DNA of 57,943 nucleotides from Pedobacter sp. (lineage in GTDB: Bacteria > Bacteroidota > Bacteroidia > Sphingobacteriales > Sphingobacteriaceae): positions 1 to 57,943 of the forward strand of contig JAPSHM010000001.1 of NCBI GenBank assembly GCA_031179845.1, in the 5' to 3' direction. Shown here one piece after another: positions 8,818 through 18,601 of the stretch. Positions within the stretch are counted from its first letter, which is position 1. Every line of letters begins with the position of its first letter. The translations under genes were made by a program, and so were the position numbers. The notes below the pieces were generated by a model, which saw only the letters and a list, made by a program, of their open reading frames with translations, was not told the origin of the DNA and did not search any database.

Positions 8818-8825
8818 TACTTTTG
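8818..8825 (+). promoter_or_regulatory. Bacteroidota primary-sigma -7 element for hemA
   Basis: TACTTTTG fits TAnnTTTG, 30 nt before the TTG start. Confidence 0.7.
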
Positions 8826-8855
8826 TTTCGCTAAAAACAAACAGGGTAACTAATT

Positions 8856-10082
8856 TTGGAATATTTAAAAATCATTGCTTTTACGCATAAACAGATTGAC
8901 CTAAAGTCCTTAGGTAAATTAGTGATATGTGAGCAGACATTAGACGATAGGTTGAGGAATATTCAATCGGAGTTAGGTGTTAAAGAAATATTCTATGTTG
9001 GAACGTGTAACAGGGTAGAATTTGTATTTACTGCTTCAGATAATTTAGATAAAGAATTTATTCTTCGTTTCCTAACTGTACTAGATATGGGCCTGCCCCA
9101 ACAGTATATGGAAAAGTTTATCGAAAACGTTTCCGTTTATGAGCAGGTAGAAGCATTCAACCATTTGTTGCGTACATCCTGTTCTTTGGAAAGTTTAGTA
9201 GTAGGAGAGAAGGAGATTCTTGCGCAGATCCGCAAAGCTTATGAAGCCTGCCGTATTGCAGGATTTACCGGAGACTATATGCGGATGATCATGGCCCGGG
9301 TCGTCAAAACTGCAAAAGAAGTGTATACGCATACCAACATTTCAAAAAATCCAGTTTCTATCGTTTCTTTAGCTTACCGCAAGTTGCGTGATCTCAAAAT
9401 GAGTGCAAACTCCAGACTCCTGATCATAGGTGCTGGTGAGACCAATAAAAACCTCGCACAATATCTTAAAAAACACAAATATTCCAACTTCTCCATTTTC
9501 AACAGAACTGTTGCTAACGCAGAGATTCTGGCTAAAGAACTGAACGGCACAGCCTATCCGCTTAGTGATTTGGAAAGTTACGATCAAGGTTTTGACGTGA
9601 TCATTACCTGTACCGGTGCCACTGAGCCAATTATTACTGAAGAAATCTATAAAAAGCTATTGAAAGGTGATGTAGGTAAAAAGGTAATCGTCGATTTGGC
9701 AATTCCAAATGATACCGCTCCCGAAGTGGTTCAAAATTTCCCTATCCACTATATCGAAGTTGAATCGCTAAAAGAGATTGCCCGAAAAAATATTCAGGAA
9801 CGTTACGATGAACTGGTTAATGCCGAGCACATCATTGAAGAAAATATCAAGGATTTTGAACTTGTTCTTCGTCAGCGTAAAATTGAAATTGCCATGAGTT
9901 GCGTTCCGGAGAAAATCAAAGAAATCAAACATACTGCGATCAATGGCATCTTTGCCGATGAGATCAACGGTATGGACGAGAACTCAAGATTAGTACTGGA
10001 AAAAGTGATGAATTACATGGAAAAAAAATACATCAGCGTTCCTATGGTAATGGCCAAGGAGATATTGGTAAAGAATAGCTAA
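8856..10082 (+). CDS. hemA: Glutamyl-tRNA reductase
   Basis: TCNRVE catalytic motif, LESLVVGEKEILAQ, GAGET and DLAIP. TTG start. Confidence 0.97.
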   Translation: MEYLKIIAFTHKQIDLKSLGKLVICEQTLDDRLRNIQSELGVKEIFYVGTCNRVEFVFTASDNLDKEFILRFLTVLDMGLPQQYMEKFIENVSVYEQVEAFNHLLRTSCSLESLVVGEKEILAQIRKAYEACRIAGFTGDYMRMIMARVVKTAKEVYTHTNISKNPVSIVSLAYRKLRDLKMSANSRLLIIGAGETNKNLAQYLKKHKYSNFSIFNRTVANAEILAKELNGTAYPLSDLESYDQGFDVIITCTGATEPIITEEIYKKLLKGDVGKKVIVDLAIPNDTAPEVVQNFPIHYIEVESLKEIARKNIQERYDELVNAEHIIEENIKDFELVLRQRKIEIAMSCVPEKIKEIKHTAINGIFADEINGMDENSRLVLEKVMNYMEKKYISVPMVMAKEILVKNS

Positions 10083-10106
10083 ATTTGCCAAAAAACAGCA
10101 ATCAAC

Positions 10107-11684
10107 GTGAAAAGACTTATTATTGGTACAAGAGGGAGCGACCTGGCTTTATGGCAAGCCAACTTTATTAAAGATAAACTGGCAGCTATTGGCGTTGAAG
10201 CTGAACTAAAGATCATTAAAACTCAGGGCGACAAGATTTTAAATCTGAGACTGGACAAACTTGAAGGTAAGGGGTTCTTTACAAAGGAACTTGAGGAAGA
10301 GCTTTTAGGTGGTACCATTGATATTGCTGTACATTCGCATAAAGATCTGCCAACGGTTCATCCTGCGGGGCTGACCATCGCAGCAGTAACCGAGCGTGAA
10401 GATCCTTCAGAGTTGTTACTTATCCTTAAGGATTGTGTCAACATCGCACAAAGACTATCTTTAAAGACTGGAGCAATGGTCGGTACGTCCTCAAACAGAC
10501 GGAAAGCACAATTGCTTGCATTACGCCCGGATCTAAATATTGAAGATCTAAGAGGTAACGTTCCAACCCGGATACAAAAATTAAGGGATGAGGATTACGA
10601 TGCCATCATGATTGCCAAAGCCGGGGTAAATAGGTTAAATATAGATCTTTCGGAATTTCATGTTGAAGTCATCGACCCGACTGAGGTGGTTCCTGCACCT
10701 GCTCAGGGAGCATTGGCGATTCAAATCCGGGAAAATGATACGGAACTATTCGATACGCTGCAAAAAATACACCATCCGGAAACAGCTGAAGAAATTGCAG
10801 TAGAGCGTAAGGTATTAAACCTGTTTGAAGGCGGATGTCATATGCCTTTAGGTTGCTATTGTAAGAAGGAGGACGGGCAGTACGAGGTTTGGACCTCTAA
10901 AGCTGAAACAGATGAGCATTTCCCGGATCGGGTGTTTTTTAGGGTAGATCACCTGGAAGGACTTGCCGAAAAGATCGTAGCGAAATTTAATACAGAAAGA
11001 AAATTTCCATCTAAAGTTTTCATATCAAGGGAAATAGGGGAACACAACTATTTTAGAAAAGCGCTGGAAAAGCACCAGATCGAAATAGATGCAAGGTCAC
11101 TGATTCGGACGTTTCCAATTGTGACTGTACTCGATCCTTATTATTTGAAACATATTGAATGGATCTTTTTTAGCAGCAGAAACAGTGTTGACTATTTCTT
11201 TAATTTGAAACCCGCATTGCCAAAGCATGTTAAGTTTGGAGTTGCCGGTCGGGGTTCTGAAGATTCCTTGAGAAAAATAGGTCACCTGGCCGATTATGTT
11301 GGTGAGGGTGGCGACATAGAGGAAGTCGCTGAGTTATTCTCAAATGTTGTTGCAGGTAAAACGGTATTGTTTCCAAGGGCACAAGACTCGCTCTTAAGCA
11401 TCCAAAAGGCGTTGAGACCAGATACAAAGGTGATCGATCTGCCGATTTATGAGACCGTTGTTGAAGAGAATGTCAACCAAACTTACGCTGAGGTTCTCAT
11501 ATTTACCAGTCCATCCAATGTAGACGCCTATTTTGCAGATAACCTGTTGGATCCTGGACAAAAAGTAATTGCGATTGGCACATCAACTGCTAGGAAGTTT
11601 GAAGAAATCGGTGTGAAGTGCATTTTGCCTTATGCGCCAGATGAAATTGGCCTTGCAGAGGCTGTTTTTGGAATAGATATTTAA
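10107..11684 (+). CDS. hemC: Hydroxymethylbilane synthase fused to uroporphyrinogen-III synthase (HemC-HemD)
   Basis: GTRGSDLALWQA, AVHSHKDLP, GTSSNRRK and EGGCHMP in the HemC part. The C-terminal ~230 aa has WIFFSSRNSV, LPIYETV, FTSPSNV and IAIGTST (HemD). Confidence 0.95.
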   Translation: MKRLIIGTRGSDLALWQANFIKDKLAAIGVEAELKIIKTQGDKILNLRLDKLEGKGFFTKELEEELLGGTIDIAVHSHKDLPTVHPAGLTIAAVTEREDPSELLLILKDCVNIAQRLSLKTGAMVGTSSNRRKAQLLALRPDLNIEDLRGNVPTRIQKLRDEDYDAIMIAKAGVNRLNIDLSEFHVEVIDPTEVVPAPAQGALAIQIRENDTELFDTLQKIHHPETAEEIAVERKVLNLFEGGCHMPLGCYCKKEDGQYEVWTSKAETDEHFPDRVFFRVDHLEGLAEKIVAKFNTERKFPSKVFISREIGEHNYFRKALEKHQIEIDARSLIRTFPIVTVLDPYYLKHIEWIFFSSRNSVDYFFNLKPALPKHVKFGVAGRGSEDSLRKIGHLADYVGEGGDIEEVAELFSNVVAGKTVLFPRAQDSLLSIQKALRPDTKVIDLPIYETVVEENVNQTYAEVLIFTSPSNVDAYFADNLLDPGQKVIAIGTSTARKFEEIGVKCILPYAPDEIGLAEAVFGIDI

Positions 11685-11696
11685 ATTCTTGATAAT

Positions 11697-12665
11697 ATGA
11701 TACAGCGTCCCCGTAGATTAAGGAAAAATCCTGTAGTGAGAGAGATGGTAGCCGAAACAAGGTTATCTAAAGACATGTTCATTTATCCATATTTTATTGT
11801 TCCGGGAAAGGATGTCATTCATCCACTGGATGCAATGCCTGGAATTAGTCATTTTTCAGAAGATACGTTGCTAAGGGACATTGAAAAAGGTTTAGAACTT
11901 GGTGTAAATAAAGTGATGCTTTTTGGTGTAGGTGATGTAAAGAGTGACAATGCCGCATCTGCTTATCACGACCATTCCCTAGTCCCTTCAGCGGTACGTT
12001 TATTAAAAAAGAATTTTGGTGAGGATCTTTATATTGTAACAGATGTTTGCGTTTGTTCCTATACCTCCCATGGGCATTGTGGAATCATGAAAAATGATTA
12101 TGTGCAAAATGATGAGACAGTAGAGGTCATCGCAAAAATGGCACTTACCCATGCACAAGCTGGAGCCGATATGCTTGCGCCGTCTGATATGATGGACGGT
12201 CGCGTTGCCGCGATGAGAAGTGTACTTGATGGAGCCGGCTATGTAAACGCTGCCATTATGTCGCACGCCACCAAATTTGCTTCCGCTTATTATGGTCCTT
12301 TCAGAGAAGCGGCCGACTGTGCGCCGAGTAAGGGCGATAGAAAGGCTTACCAAATGGACTTCAGAAACGGAAATGAGGCGCTTAGAGAAGCATTGTTAGA
12401 CGAAGCTGAAGGTGCAGATGTGTTAATGGTCAAGCCAGCTTTAGCTTACCTGGATATTATGCATAATTTAAAACAGCATACCGATCTGCCAATTGCCTGC
12501 TACAACGTGTCGGGAGAATATTCGATGGTTAAGGCTGCGGCGCAAAAAGGTTGGATAGACGAGCAAAAAGTGGTGATGGAAACGATGCATGCCTTCGCAC
12601 GTGCAGGGGCAAGTATCATAACTACCTATCACATCAGGGATATGGTTGAGAACAATTGGTTGTAA
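11697..12665 (+). CDS. hemB: Porphobilinogen synthase
   Basis: RPRRLR, DVCVCSYTSHGHCG (Zn site), APSDMMDGRV and LMVKPA. Confidence 0.98.
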   Translation: MIQRPRRLRKNPVVREMVAETRLSKDMFIYPYFIVPGKDVIHPLDAMPGISHFSEDTLLRDIEKGLELGVNKVMLFGVGDVKSDNAASAYHDHSLVPSAVRLLKKNFGEDLYIVTDVCVCSYTSHGHCGIMKNDYVQNDETVEVIAKMALTHAQAGADMLAPSDMMDGRVAAMRSVLDGAGYVNAAIMSHATKFASAYYGPFREAADCAPSKGDRKAYQMDFRNGNEALREALLDEAEGADVLMVKPALAYLDIMHNLKQHTDLPIACYNVSGEYSMVKAAAQKGWIDEQKVVMETMHAFARAGASIITTYHIRDMVENNWL

Positions 12666-12710
12666 GTTTGCCTCGCTACGAGATCGGGGATAGAGAATTT
12701 GAAAAAGCAT

Positions 12711-14084
12711 ATGTTAGAATCTTTAAAAAAAATGTTTTCAGGAAATGAAGGCGAACTGCCTGTCAATACAGGCAGTAAACCAGATATTTCAAGGGAGAAG
12801 TCGGCAGAACTATTTGAAAAGGCTAAAAACTATTTTCCAGGAGGGGTCAACTCCCCGGTTAGGGCTTTCAAATCAGTTCATGGCACTCCGTTGTTCATTC
12901 AAAAAGGAGATGGTTGTTTTGTATGGGATGCAGACGGGAATCAGTTTATAGATTTTTGTGGCAGCTGGGGTCCATTGATCCTCGGTCATAACCACGCAAA
13001 GGTCAGAGAAAAAGTTACAGAGGTCATGCAGAACGGCATGAGCTTTGGCGCACCAACCGCTTTGGAGAATGAACTGGCCGAGCTGATCATTAAGAATAAC
13101 AAATTCGTAGAAAAAATACGGTTTACCAGTTCAGGCACGGAAGCTGTGATGTCGGCCATCAGGCTGGCACGCGGTTATACAGGCAGGGATAAGATCATTA
13201 AATTTGAAGGTTGTTACCATGGGCACAGTGATTCACTGCTGGTAAAAGCGGGTTCAGGCTTAGTTACTTTTGGTGAAACCTCTTCCGCTGGTGTTCCGAA
13301 AGCTTTTGCGCAGGAAACAATTGTGCTGCCGTTAAATGATACTGCGGCATTAGAGCAGGCTTTTGCACAATTTAAAGACCAGGTGGCAGCGGTCATCATC
13401 GAGGGGATCCCCGCAAATAACGGGTTGCTCATGCAAGAAGCTTCCTATGTAGAATTTCTACAACGCATTTGTAAAGAAAATGGTGCTTTATTGATATTTG
13501 ATGAAGTAATCACCGGTTTCAGATTAGGCTTTGAGGGTGCTGCTGCGTATTACGGAGTGAAACCTGATATCGTTACTTATGGGAAAATTATAGGTGGAGG
13601 TCTGCCTGTTGGAATGTATGGTGCATCAGCCGAGATCATGAACCATATCTCTCCTGATGGTGGAGTTTATCAAGCTGGGACACTTTCAGGCAATCCAGTG
13701 GCAATGGCTGCGGGCATAGCTCAGCTAACCGAGTTGTTGCGTTCCGGATTCTATAAAGACCTAAACAATAAGACCAGCGAATTTGCGGAGAGCATCCAAC
13801 GTTTTGCCACTGCAAGGAATTATAAAGTCAGGGTGTTTTACGTAGGTTCTATTTTTTGGATAGCTTTTACCGATAGGGAAAAGATCCAGGCCGCTGATGA
13901 TATCGAACACAGCAGCATGGAAAAATTCAAAGTAATGCATAGAGAACTGTTAAATAGAGGTATCTATTTGGGACCTTCGGGATATGAAGTAGGATTTGTA
14001 TCCGCTGCGCATACAAAAATAGAACTTGAAAAAACCAAACGGGCAATATTTGATAGTCTCGATGTGGTTTTCAGAAACAAGTAA
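12711..14084 (+). CDS. hemL: Glutamate-1-semialdehyde 2,1-aminomutase
   Basis: PGGVNSPVRAF, SWGPLILGH, EGCYHGHSD and GKIIGGGLP. ATG at 12711 is preferred over TTG at 12699. Confidence 0.97.
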   Translation: MLESLKKMFSGNEGELPVNTGSKPDISREKSAELFEKAKNYFPGGVNSPVRAFKSVHGTPLFIQKGDGCFVWDADGNQFIDFCGSWGPLILGHNHAKVREKVTEVMQNGMSFGAPTALENELAELIIKNNKFVEKIRFTSSGTEAVMSAIRLARGYTGRDKIIKFEGCYHGHSDSLLVKAGSGLVTFGETSSAGVPKAFAQETIVLPLNDTAALEQAFAQFKDQVAAVIIEGIPANNGLLMQEASYVEFLQRICKENGALLIFDEVITGFRLGFEGAAAYYGVKPDIVTYGKIIGGGLPVGMYGASAEIMNHISPDGGVYQAGTLSGNPVAMAAGIAQLTELLRSGFYKDLNNKTSEFAESIQRFATARNYKVRVFYVGSIFWIAFTDREKIQAADDIEHSSMEKFKVMHRELLNRGIYLGPSGYEVGFVSAAHTKIELEKTKRAIFDSLDVVFRNK

Positions 14085-14108
14085 ATAGTGGTATATTTAT
14101 TATAAATA

Positions 14109-14984
14109 TTGGTAATCTTGAAGAAATCAATCGTTATATTTTATTTCATGCTGCTCTACGCAATGGTACAGCTGATTTCCTGGGGATCCCTGGTTATTAG
14201 ATTGGAACCTGCCAGAATGGCAATGGTCATGGGAGAAGGATCGGTATTCTTATTCTTGCTATGTATTGGTGCTTATTTTTTACATCAGTCGATCAAGAAA
14301 GAAGAGCGCCTTCGCGAGCAACAACAGAATTTTTTACTGTCGGTAACCCATGAATTGAAATCGCCTTTGGCAGCAATTAAACTGTCGATACAGACGATCA
14401 TCAAACGGGATCTGGATAAAGCCAGACAGACTTCATTGCTTAGTAACTCTTTGAAAGATATTGAACGTTTGGATGATCTTGTAGAGAACATGCTGTTAGC
14501 TACTAAGATCGAAAACCGCTCCTATTCCTTCCCTAAGGAAGAATTTGACTTATCCGACCTGGTCACTAAGATTACGGATCGGTTGCAGGTACACTCCTGC
14601 GGTTGCGAACAATTGATCACTCCGGTGATTAAACCCGGCATTAAGATCATGGGCGATCAGTTTGCGCTTTCGTCAGTGGTTACAAACCTGGTGGAAAATG
14701 CGGTGAAATACTCGGGGCCATGTGCTGACGTCGCAGTAGAACTGACAGAAAAAGATGGTCACCCTTTTTTAAAAGTTTCAGACAAAGGTCCTGGAATTCC
14801 GGATGCGGAAAAGATGCTTATTTTCGATAAATTTTATCGTGTAGGTGACGAAAATGTCAGAAAATCTAAAGGAACTGGTTTAGGCCTGTTTATTGTTAAG
14901 GAAGTACTGCAAAGCCACGACGCTGATATTAGTGTTAGGGACAACGTACCGCAAGGTGCTATTTTTGAAATAACATTTAGTTGA
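14109..14984 (+). CDS. Sensor histidine kinase with two TM helices and almost no periplasmic domain
   Basis: H-box VTHELKSPL, N-box NLVENAVKYS, DKGPGI, FDKFYR and GTGLGL. Confidence 0.93.
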   Translation: MVILKKSIVIFYFMLLYAMVQLISWGSLVIRLEPARMAMVMGEGSVFLFLLCIGAYFLHQSIKKEERLREQQQNFLLSVTHELKSPLAAIKLSIQTIIKRDLDKARQTSLLSNSLKDIERLDDLVENMLLATKIENRSYSFPKEEFDLSDLVTKITDRLQVHSCGCEQLITPVIKPGIKIMGDQFALSSVVTNLVENAVKYSGPCADVAVELTEKDGHPFLKVSDKGPGIPDAEKMLIFDKFYRVGDENVRKSKGTGLGLFIVKEVLQSHDADISVRDNVPQGAIFEITFS

Positions 14985-14986
14985 TT

Positions 14987-15691
14987 ATGCAACAGAAATT
15001 AAGAATACTGCTGGTTGAAGATGAAGATCATTTATTAGATGCCATAAAATTAAACCTTGAACTTGAAGGCTATAAAGTACATGCAGTGAAAGATGGTAAA
15101 ACTGCCTTAAAAGTTTTTAAGGAAGAACGGTTTAACCTGATCATTCTCGATGTAATGCTTCCTGAAATGGATGGTTTCCAGGTCTGTGAAACGATCAGGC
15201 TAGAAAATACAGAGGTTCCTATACTTTTCTTAACTGCAAAGAATACCAGTGAAGATAGGGTGATGGGCCTTAAGAAAGGAGCTGACGATTATTTGGTTAA
15301 GCCATTCAATTTGGAGGAATTGATCTTAAGGGTTGGTATCCTGGTGAAACGCAGTATGAAGGCCGATGATTTAAAAGAGATCAATTCTTATAAGATCGGA
15401 GATAAAACTATTTATTTCAATTCATTCGAATTAAAGCAGGATGATGGCGTAATTGTGCCATTGACGAAAAAGGAGACCATGCTTCTGAAACTGTTAATTG
15501 AGCGGAAGAATGAAGCGGTATCCCGTGAGCAAATACTGGAAACAGTATGGAACTATGATGTTTATCCTTCTACAAGGACAATAGACAACTTTATCTTAAC
15601 TTTCCGTAAGTACTTTGAACCGGATCAGAAAAATCCTGTCTATTTTCATTCGATCAGGGGCGTAGGATATAAATTCACAGATATTCATTAA
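14987..15691 (+). CDS. OmpR/PhoB-family response regulator
   Basis: LLVEDE, ILDVMLP, FLTAK, GADDYLVKPF and winged-helix RTIDNFI..IRGVGYKF. Confidence 0.95.
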   Translation: MQQKLRILLVEDEDHLLDAIKLNLELEGYKVHAVKDGKTALKVFKEERFNLIILDVMLPEMDGFQVCETIRLENTEVPILFLTAKNTSEDRVMGLKKGADDYLVKPFNLEELILRVGILVKRSMKADDLKEINSYKIGDKTIYFNSFELKQDDGVIVPLTKKETMLLKLLIERKNEAVSREQILETVWNYDVYPSTRTIDNFILTFRKYFEPDQKNPVYFHSIRGVGYKFTDIH

Positions 15692-16206
15692 TGTATAATT
15701 CTAAAGGCAGGTATGCCCTGATGGCAGTTTTTGTCATCGCAGCACTGGCATGTCTTTTTTATGGTCAATATCAGCTGGCAGCTTTCGCCGGCTTTTTGTT
15801 TGTCTTTGTTTTATGGAGCCACTATAAACACAGTTCAGTTTTACTGGCTTCAAAGTATTTCAAAAATGGCGATCATTTGCGGGCAGCAAAATTATTGGAT
15901 GAAGTGCCTAAGGTTGAGCAGCTCGCCAAAAACAGGCGCGGCTATTATGAATTTATGCGGGCAAATATTGCTTTAAAAAGAGAAGATTATGAAGCTGCAG
16001 AGTATCATTTTCAAATTGCAAGCCGATTCCCTTTGGGTGGAAAAAATGACAAAGCGTTTGTCATGATCCATTTATCCAATCTGGCCCTGCGTAAAAAAGA
16101 CCAGGTTCGATGTCGTGCTTACCTCGAAAAAGCAAAAGAACTGGCAGTCACACCAAAAGCGATGAGTATCATCGAGAAAATCGAAAAGGAATTAAGTAGT
16201 TTATAA
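15691..16206 (+). CDS. Membrane-anchored TPR-like protein
   Basis: Two N-terminal hydrophobic segments followed by TPR-like helices. Its ATG overlaps the regulator's TAA. Confidence 0.7.
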   Translation: MYNSKGRYALMAVFVIAALACLFYGQYQLAAFAGFLFVFVLWSHYKHSSVLLASKYFKNGDHLRAAKLLDEVPKVEQLAKNRRGYYEFMRANIALKREDYEAAEYHFQIASRFPLGGKNDKAFVMIHLSNLALRKKDQVRCRAYLEKAKELAVTPKAMSIIEKIEKELSSL

Positions 16207-16232
16207 AAGAAATAGAGAATTAATTGAGACAG

Positions 16233-17255
16233 ATGAACACGTTATTTTTAGATGCAGCATTTTCAAAGCAAACAGAAAGGCCACCGGTATGGATGATGCG
16301 CCAGGCAGGTCGTTTTATGCCGGAATATTGGGAGATTAAAAACAAATACTCCTTTTTGGAAATGTGCAAAACACCCGAGATTGCTGCTGATGTGACGATG
16401 TTACCGGTTGATCTGTTGGGCATTGATGCCGCCATCCTATTTTCTGATATCCTGGTTACAGGAGAAGCGATGGGTGGTGACCTGAGTTTTACGCAAGGTG
16501 TGGGCCCAAAATTTGCTAATCCGGTACGTACGTTGAAAGACGTAGATGCGCTGGAAGTTGACGTTTTGGACCGGCTTCAGTATGTGGCTGATGCAATTAA
16601 AGTGATTCAACAACGGTTAAATGGAAGCATTCCATTGATTGGTTTCGCTGGTGCACCATTCACCGTAATGAGTTACCTTGTAGAAGGAGGATCATCGAAA
16701 GATTTTAAGTTGACCAAGTTGCTCCTGCATAACCAGCCAGAGGTAGCCCATAAATTGCTCGCTAAAATTGCAAAGGTTACCGCTGATTACCTAAACCTGC
16801 AAATCGCTGCCGGTGTGAATGCCGTTCAGATTTTTGATAGCTGGGCACAGGCATTGTCCTGGAACGACTATCAGGAATTCTCTCATCGATATATACAAGA
16901 AATCATTGCGAACCTGAATAGGAAAGATATTCCAGTAATTTCTTTTTGCAAAGGAAGTTCTGTATTTGCACCAATTATGGCAACAGCTAAGCCGGATGTC
17001 ATTTCGGTAGACTGGAATGCAGATCTATTAAATATCAAAAATAGCCTACCTGCGGGCATAGCCGTACAAGGAAATTTGGATCCGCATATTTTATATGCTG
17101 ACAAGCCTGTCATAAAGAGAGAGATTTTGAGATTGTTTGAACGAATGCGCGGTGAAAATGGTTTTATATTTAATCTTGGCCATGGAATTATGCCCGATAT
17201 TCCTTTTGATCATGTAAAGTACGCAATCGAGCTAATCAAAGAATTTAAATACTAG
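16233..17255 (+). CDS. hemE: Uroporphyrinogen decarboxylase
   Basis: PVWMMRQAGR, AAILFSDIL, GFAGAPFT, QGNLDP and FNLGHGI. Confidence 0.98.
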   Translation: MNTLFLDAAFSKQTERPPVWMMRQAGRFMPEYWEIKNKYSFLEMCKTPEIAADVTMLPVDLLGIDAAILFSDILVTGEAMGGDLSFTQGVGPKFANPVRTLKDVDALEVDVLDRLQYVADAIKVIQQRLNGSIPLIGFAGAPFTVMSYLVEGGSSKDFKLTKLLLHNQPEVAHKLLAKIAKVTADYLNLQIAAGVNAVQIFDSWAQALSWNDYQEFSHRYIQEIIANLNRKDIPVISFCKGSSVFAPIMATAKPDVISVDWNADLLNIKNSLPAGIAVQGNLDPHILYADKPVIKREILRLFERMRGENGFIFNLGHGIMPDIPFDHVKYAIELIKEFKY

Positions 17256-17261
17256 GCGGTA

Positions 17262-17810
17262 ATGGACAAATACTATTTATACATTCTTTCTGTTCATATC
17301 ATATTTATGGTAAGCTGGATGGCCGGACTGTTTTATAGTGTACGTTTATTTATCTATCATACTGAGGCTGAAGACAGGCCGGAGATGGAGCGGAAGGTTC
17401 TGCAACTGGAATATGAGAAAATGGAGCGAAAGCTTTGGCACATCATTACTACTCCAGCGATGGTGCTTACGCTACTGGCTGGGATTGCAATGATCTTTAT
17501 CCGTCCAGGGCTTTTACAAGCGCCCTGGCTTCATGTCAAACTTTGCTTTGTAGCTGCATTACTAGTGTATCATTTCATTTGTCAGCATATCATGAAGTTG
17601 CTGCGCTTAGGTAAATCCAGATTCAGTTCTTTCCAATTGCGGCTATGGAATGAGGTAGCCACCATTTTGCTCGTCGCCATCGTTTTTACGGTCGTATTGA
17701 AGAGTGCGGTCGATTGGTTCTATGGTCTTATTGGCTTAGTAATTTTTGCAGTAGTGATTATGGCGGCTGTAAAGTGGTATAAATATTACCGGAAAAAGCA
17801 CGATTGCTAA
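17262..17810 (+). CDS. hemJ: Protoporphyrinogen oxidase HemJ (CopD-like membrane protein)
   Basis: HIIFMVSWMAGLFY..RLFIYH, MERKL..TPAM, WLHVKL and RLWNEV. Confidence 0.93.
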   Translation: MDKYYLYILSVHIIFMVSWMAGLFYSVRLFIYHTEAEDRPEMERKVLQLEYEKMERKLWHIITTPAMVLTLLAGIAMIFIRPGLLQAPWLHVKLCFVAALLVYHFICQHIMKLLRLGKSRFSSFQLRLWNEVATILLVAIVFTVVLKSAVDWFYGLIGLVIFAVVIMAAVKWYKYYRKKHDC

Positions 17811-17830
17811 AAATAATATAACTTTAAAAG

Positions 17831-18583
17831 ATGAGACGTCTATGTTTTCTTGCGCTTTTACTAGCTGCGCTCGCAACCGGTACTTCAAAAAATGCTTTTG
17901 GACAACAAGATAGTCTCCGGGCGATAGATACAATCAGATCGGTATCAAATCCAAAAGGCCGCTTTGTTGGCGGGCTTACGTTCACACGGCTTGATATAGG
18001 TTTTACCAGGTTATATGACAACAATAGTTTCACTCTATCTCCAGCTAATGATTTTCTATCTTACAAGGAGTTCAAATCAAGCACGGTTTCCTTTGATGTG
18101 TTGGATTTTGGCTATAGGTTTAACACTCATTTCAAAGTTTATTTTGCTGCAGGTGTTGATTGGACCATGCTCCGATTAAAAAGAGACATTACAATTCAAA
18201 GAAATACAGCAGATTTAAGCTTCGATCCCGAAACAGGGATAGATTTCTCTAAAAACAGGTTTTCAAGTTTTTATGTACATGTTCCATTAGGCCTTCAATT
18301 CAGAACGAATGAAAATTCACGTGGAAAACGCTTTTACTTTGTTACCGGCCCCGAAGTCAGCTTGCTGATCAACGGTAAAGTGAAGCAAGTAAGCGAGGAA
18401 AATGGCAAACAAAAGTTCAGAGACGATTATAATTTTGAAAAGGTCGGGCTCGGGGGATCCCTGCGTTTAGGCTATGGCTGGATTGGGTTATTTGGGAAAT
18501 ATTATTTTACCGATATGTTCAATAGCGTTCAGCAGGAGGGGCTGAAAAATTTGTCTTTCGGAATTACTTTTGGGCTCAATTAA
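17831..18583 (+). CDS. Outer-membrane beta-barrel protein (PorT/OMP_b-brl_2-like)
   Basis: Signal peptide, YVHVPLGLQFR, GPEVSLLING and C-terminal strand LSFGITFGLN. Confidence 0.7.
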   Translation: MRRLCFLALLLAALATGTSKNAFGQQDSLRAIDTIRSVSNPKGRFVGGLTFTRLDIGFTRLYDNNSFTLSPANDFLSYKEFKSSTVSFDVLDFGYRFNTHFKVYFAAGVDWTMLRLKRDITIQRNTADLSFDPETGIDFSKNRFSSFYVHVPLGLQFRTNENSRGKRFYFVTGPEVSLLINGKVKQVSEENGKQKFRDDYNFEKVGLGGSLRLGYGWIGLFGKYYFTDMFNSVQQEGLKNLSFGITFGLN

Positions 18584-18601
18584 GCACTTATACTTATTGC
18601 A

